From the NCBI GenBank assembly GCA_035654455.1, contig DASRWT010000033.1:3975-67974 (forward strand): a DNA stretch of 64,000 bases, read 5' to 3'. This stretch comes from Candidatus Nitrosocosmicus sp. (GTDB taxonomy: Bacteria > Methylomirabilota > Methylomirabilia > Rokubacteriales > CSP1-6). Below, piece by piece: positions 61,789 through 64,000 of this stretch (positions are counted from its first letter, which is position 1; the number at the start of each line of letters is the position of its first letter). The notes beneath the pieces were generated by a model. That model saw nothing but the letters and a program-made list of their open reading frames with translations, made no database searches and was not told where the DNA came from. A program made the translations under genes and the position numbers.

Positions 61789-62661
61789 CTGGATACCATT
61801 CTGCAGCTCGCCCTGAACGGTCTCGCCGTCGGCTGCATCTATGGACTGGTCGCCCTCGGCTTCGTCCTCATCTACAAGGCCACCGAGCTGGTCAACTTCG
61901 CTCAGGGCGATCTCCTCATGCTCGGCTCCTTCGTCTGCTACATGTTCGTGGTCTGGTACGGCGTCGGCTACTGGGCCGCCTTCGCCCTCGCGGTGGCGAT
62001 CGTGGCGCTGTTCGGCGCCGCCCTCGACGCCACGCTCCTGAGGCGCGTCATCGGCCAGCCTCAGTTCGCGGTCGTCATGCTCACCATCGGCCTCGGCGCC
62101 ATGTTCCGGAGCTTCGCCTCCATGGTCTGGGGCTCCGAGATCTACACGCTGCCGACCCCGTTCAGCGCCAAAACGACGCGGCTCGGGGCGGTCAGCGTGA
62201 GCCACGAGTACGTGGCCATCATCGTGGGCACGGTGCTCCTGTGCGCGCTGCTCTACGCCTTCTTCACGTATTCGCGCGTGGGGGTCGCCATGCAGGCCGC
62301 CTCCCAGAACCAGCTCGCCGCCTACTACATGGGCATCCCGGTGAAGCGAATGTTCTCGCTGATCTGGGCCATCTCGGCGGGGGTCGCCGCCATCGCCGGC
62401 GTGCTGCTCGCGCCGGTGTCGCTGATCGACATCAACCTCGGGTTCATCGGGTTGAAGTCCTTCGCGGCCGCGGTCCTGGGCGGCTTCGGCTCCATCCCGG
62501 GCGCGCTGGTCGGGGGCATCACCATCGGCCTGATCGAGCTGTTCTCGGGCGTGTACCTGCCGCAGGGGTTCAAGGACGTGGCGGCCTACATCGTGTTGCT
62601 CCTGGTGCTGGCCGTCCGCCCCCAGGGCATGTTCGGCACCGTGGGTCGGAAGAAGGTCTGA
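61789..62661 (+). CDS. livH: branched-chain amino acid ABC transporter permease LivH
   Basis: The conserved N-terminus (L)DTILQLALNGLAVGCIYGLVALGFVLIYKATELVNFAQG lies upstream of the first ATG (61918). The only start candidate is CTG 61789, 7 nt after a perfect GGAGG (61777-61781). Confidence 0.85.
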   Translation: MDTILQLALNGLAVGCIYGLVALGFVLIYKATELVNFAQGDLLMLGSFVCYMFVVWYGVGYWAAFALAVAIVALFGAALDATLLRRVIGQPQFAVVMLTIGLGAMFRSFASMVWGSEIYTLPTPFSAKTTRLGAVSVSHEYVAIIVGTVLLCALLYAFFTYSRVGVAMQAASQNQLAAYYMGIPVKRMFSLIWAISAGVAAIAGVLLAPVSLIDINLGFIGLKSFAAAVLGGFGSIPGALVGGITIGLIELFSGVYLPQGFKDVAAYIVLLLVLAVRPQGMFGTVGRKKV

Positions 62662-62668
62662 CCCGCGC

Positions 62669-63811
62669 ATGCGCTTTCCGTTCAAGACCGCGTACGACCA
62701 GGACCTGGGCCTCTTCCGCGATCCCGTCCAGCGCCGCTGGTACGGAGGCCTCCTCGCCGTCGTGCTCCTGCTGCCGCTGGCGATCCCCGCCTACCTGTCG
62801 GACATGAGCATGGTCTTCATCTACGGGCTCTGCGGCCTCTCGCTGATGGTGCTGGCCGGCTACACCGGCCTGGTCAGCCTGGGCCACGCCGCCTTCCTCG
62901 GCATCGGCGCGTACGCCCACGTGTACTTCACGCAGGACCTGGGGCTACCCTGGATCGTCGGGGTGGCGCTGGCCACGGTGGCGGCGGCCGCCTCCGGCGT
63001 GCTCGTGGGCCTGCCCGCGCTCCGCATGACCGGCGTCTACCTCACCATTGCCACGCTGGCCTTCGCGCTCATCATTCAAGAGGTCTTCACCCGGTGGGAG
63101 CGCGTGACGCATGGTCTCAAGGGCCGCCCGGTGGACAAGCCGGTGATCTTCGGCGTGTCGTTCGCCTCCGACTGGGCGTTCTACTTCCTGTGCCTGGCCA
63201 TGCTCATCGCCGGGCTCTGGCTCACCGCCAACCTGCTGCGCGCGCCCACCGGCCGGGCCTGGGTGGCCATCCGCGACAGCGAGATCGCCGCCCAGTCCAT
63301 GGGCGTGCACCTGGCGCGCTACAAGACGCTGGCCTTCGCCTACTCGGCCGCGCTCATGGGCGCGGCGGGCGCGCTCTTCGCCCACAAGATCGGCTTCATG
63401 GCCCCCGACATCTTCACCGTCCTCCTGTCCATCCAGTTCCTCTTGATGGTCGTGGTGGGCGGACTGGGGAGCCTGCACGGCGCGCTCTACGGCGCGGTCT
63501 TCGTGGCCCTGCTCCCCGTGCTCATCTCGGAGGCGCGCGATCACGTCCCCGCCTGGGCCGGCCACGCCGCGGCCGTGCTGGGCAAGGGCGTCGGCGACAC
63601 CGTCTTCCTCTCGCTCGACCGCTTCGTGAAGCAGCCGGGCCTGGAGCCCGGCGTCTTCGGCCTCATCCTGGTGCTCTTCATCCTGTTCGAGCCGCTCGGC
63701 ATCTACGGGCGCTGGCGCAAGATCTGGCTCTACTTCTCCACCTTCCCCCTCTACAAGACGGCCACCTTCCGGCGGCAGAAGACCTACATGCGATCGGAGC
63801 GCCTGCGGTGA
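62669..63811 (+). CDS. livM: branched-chain amino acid ABC transporter permease LivM
   Basis: 380 aa. Multi-pass protein with LMVLAGYTGLVSLGHAAFLGIGAY and LRMTGVYLTIATLAF motifs. Confidence 0.9.
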   Translation: MRFPFKTAYDQDLGLFRDPVQRRWYGGLLAVVLLLPLAIPAYLSDMSMVFIYGLCGLSLMVLAGYTGLVSLGHAAFLGIGAYAHVYFTQDLGLPWIVGVALATVAAAASGVLVGLPALRMTGVYLTIATLAFALIIQEVFTRWERVTHGLKGRPVDKPVIFGVSFASDWAFYFLCLAMLIAGLWLTANLLRAPTGRAWVAIRDSEIAAQSMGVHLARYKTLAFAYSAALMGAAGALFAHKIGFMAPDIFTVLLSIQFLLMVVVGGLGSLHGALYGAVFVALLPVLISEARDHVPAWAGHAAAVLGKGVGDTVFLSLDRFVKQPGLEPGVFGLILVLFILFEPLGIYGRWRKIWLYFSTFPLYKTATFRRQKTYMRSERLR

Positions 63812-64000
63812 CGACGCTCTTCGCGGCCGACGCGCTGGTGGTGAACTTCGGGGGCATCCGGGCGGTGGACGGGGTGAGCTTCGAGGTGGAGGCGGGCGAG
63901 GTCTTCACCATCATCGGACCCAACGGGGCGGGCAAGACCACGATCTTCAACCTGATCTCGCGCATCTACGATCCGACGCAGGGCCGGCTCCTGTTCCGCG
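63808..64000 (+). CDS. livG: branched-chain amino acid ABC transporter ATP-binding protein LivG, N-terminal part (runs off the window)
   Basis: The GTG start overlaps the livM stop (GTGA). LVVNFGGIRAVDGVSFEVEAGEVFTIIGPNGAGKTT (Walker A). Confidence 0.85.
   Translation, partial: MTTLFAADALVVNFGGIRAVDGVSFEVEAGEVFTIIGPNGAGKTTIFNLISRIYDPTQGRLLFR

Overview
GC-rich bacterial chromosomal segment (third codon positions almost all G/C), densely coding on both strands. I support about 66 protein genes. I saw no rRNA, tRNA, CRISPR array, transposase or integrase. Most long ORFs in the six-frame track are mirror-frame artefacts lying opposite genes with clear family signatures.

Gene content, left to right:
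- a truncated circularly permuted ATP-grasp gene (missing from the ORF track), then NUDIX
- a hotdog/SDR/TauE operon, MFS, alpha-glucan phosphorylase, NDH-2
- a two-gene operon whose second gene is split by an in-frame TGA
- hydrolase, PspC, TPR, M20 peptidase, GNAT, a large MscS-type channel
- amidase plus Dpp-like permeases plus three tandem paralogous Tat-signal binding proteins, interleaved with HAD, PdxA-family and DUF1537-kinase genes
- TlpA/CcdA, thrB, dcd, a stand-alone pup plus zinc-ribbon gene
- a four-gene 2-oxoacid dehydrogenase complex, LysR, a Tat transglutaminase, an orphan ZAS-type anti-sigma factor
- a MoxR / DUF58 / multi-vWA (Bat-like) operon with a fused 1465-aa protein, and a GalT-like gene
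- a complete iscR-iscS-iscU-iscA-hscB-hscA-fdx-iscX operon
- a DsrEFH-like trio, then a second cysteine desulfurase, a two-Cys IscU-like protein and cysE
- HTH, HD, dinB, livHMG

Most notable observations:
1. A UGSC-motif selenoprotein gene (9883..10419) with a SECIS-like hairpin, translationally coupled to a 349-aa protein I cannot name.
2. A Pup gene ending in GGE with no pupylation or proteasome genes nearby.
3. A sulfur-relay-like cluster beside the ISC operon.
4. A Bat-like operon carrying four MIDAS motifs.
5. A recurrent leaderless architecture: a -10 box 6-9 nt upstream of the start codon at eight genes.
6. Start codons outside ATG/GTG: CTG (livH) and TTG (GNAT gene).

Everything here comes from reading the sequence and recalling protein families. 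No searches were run.
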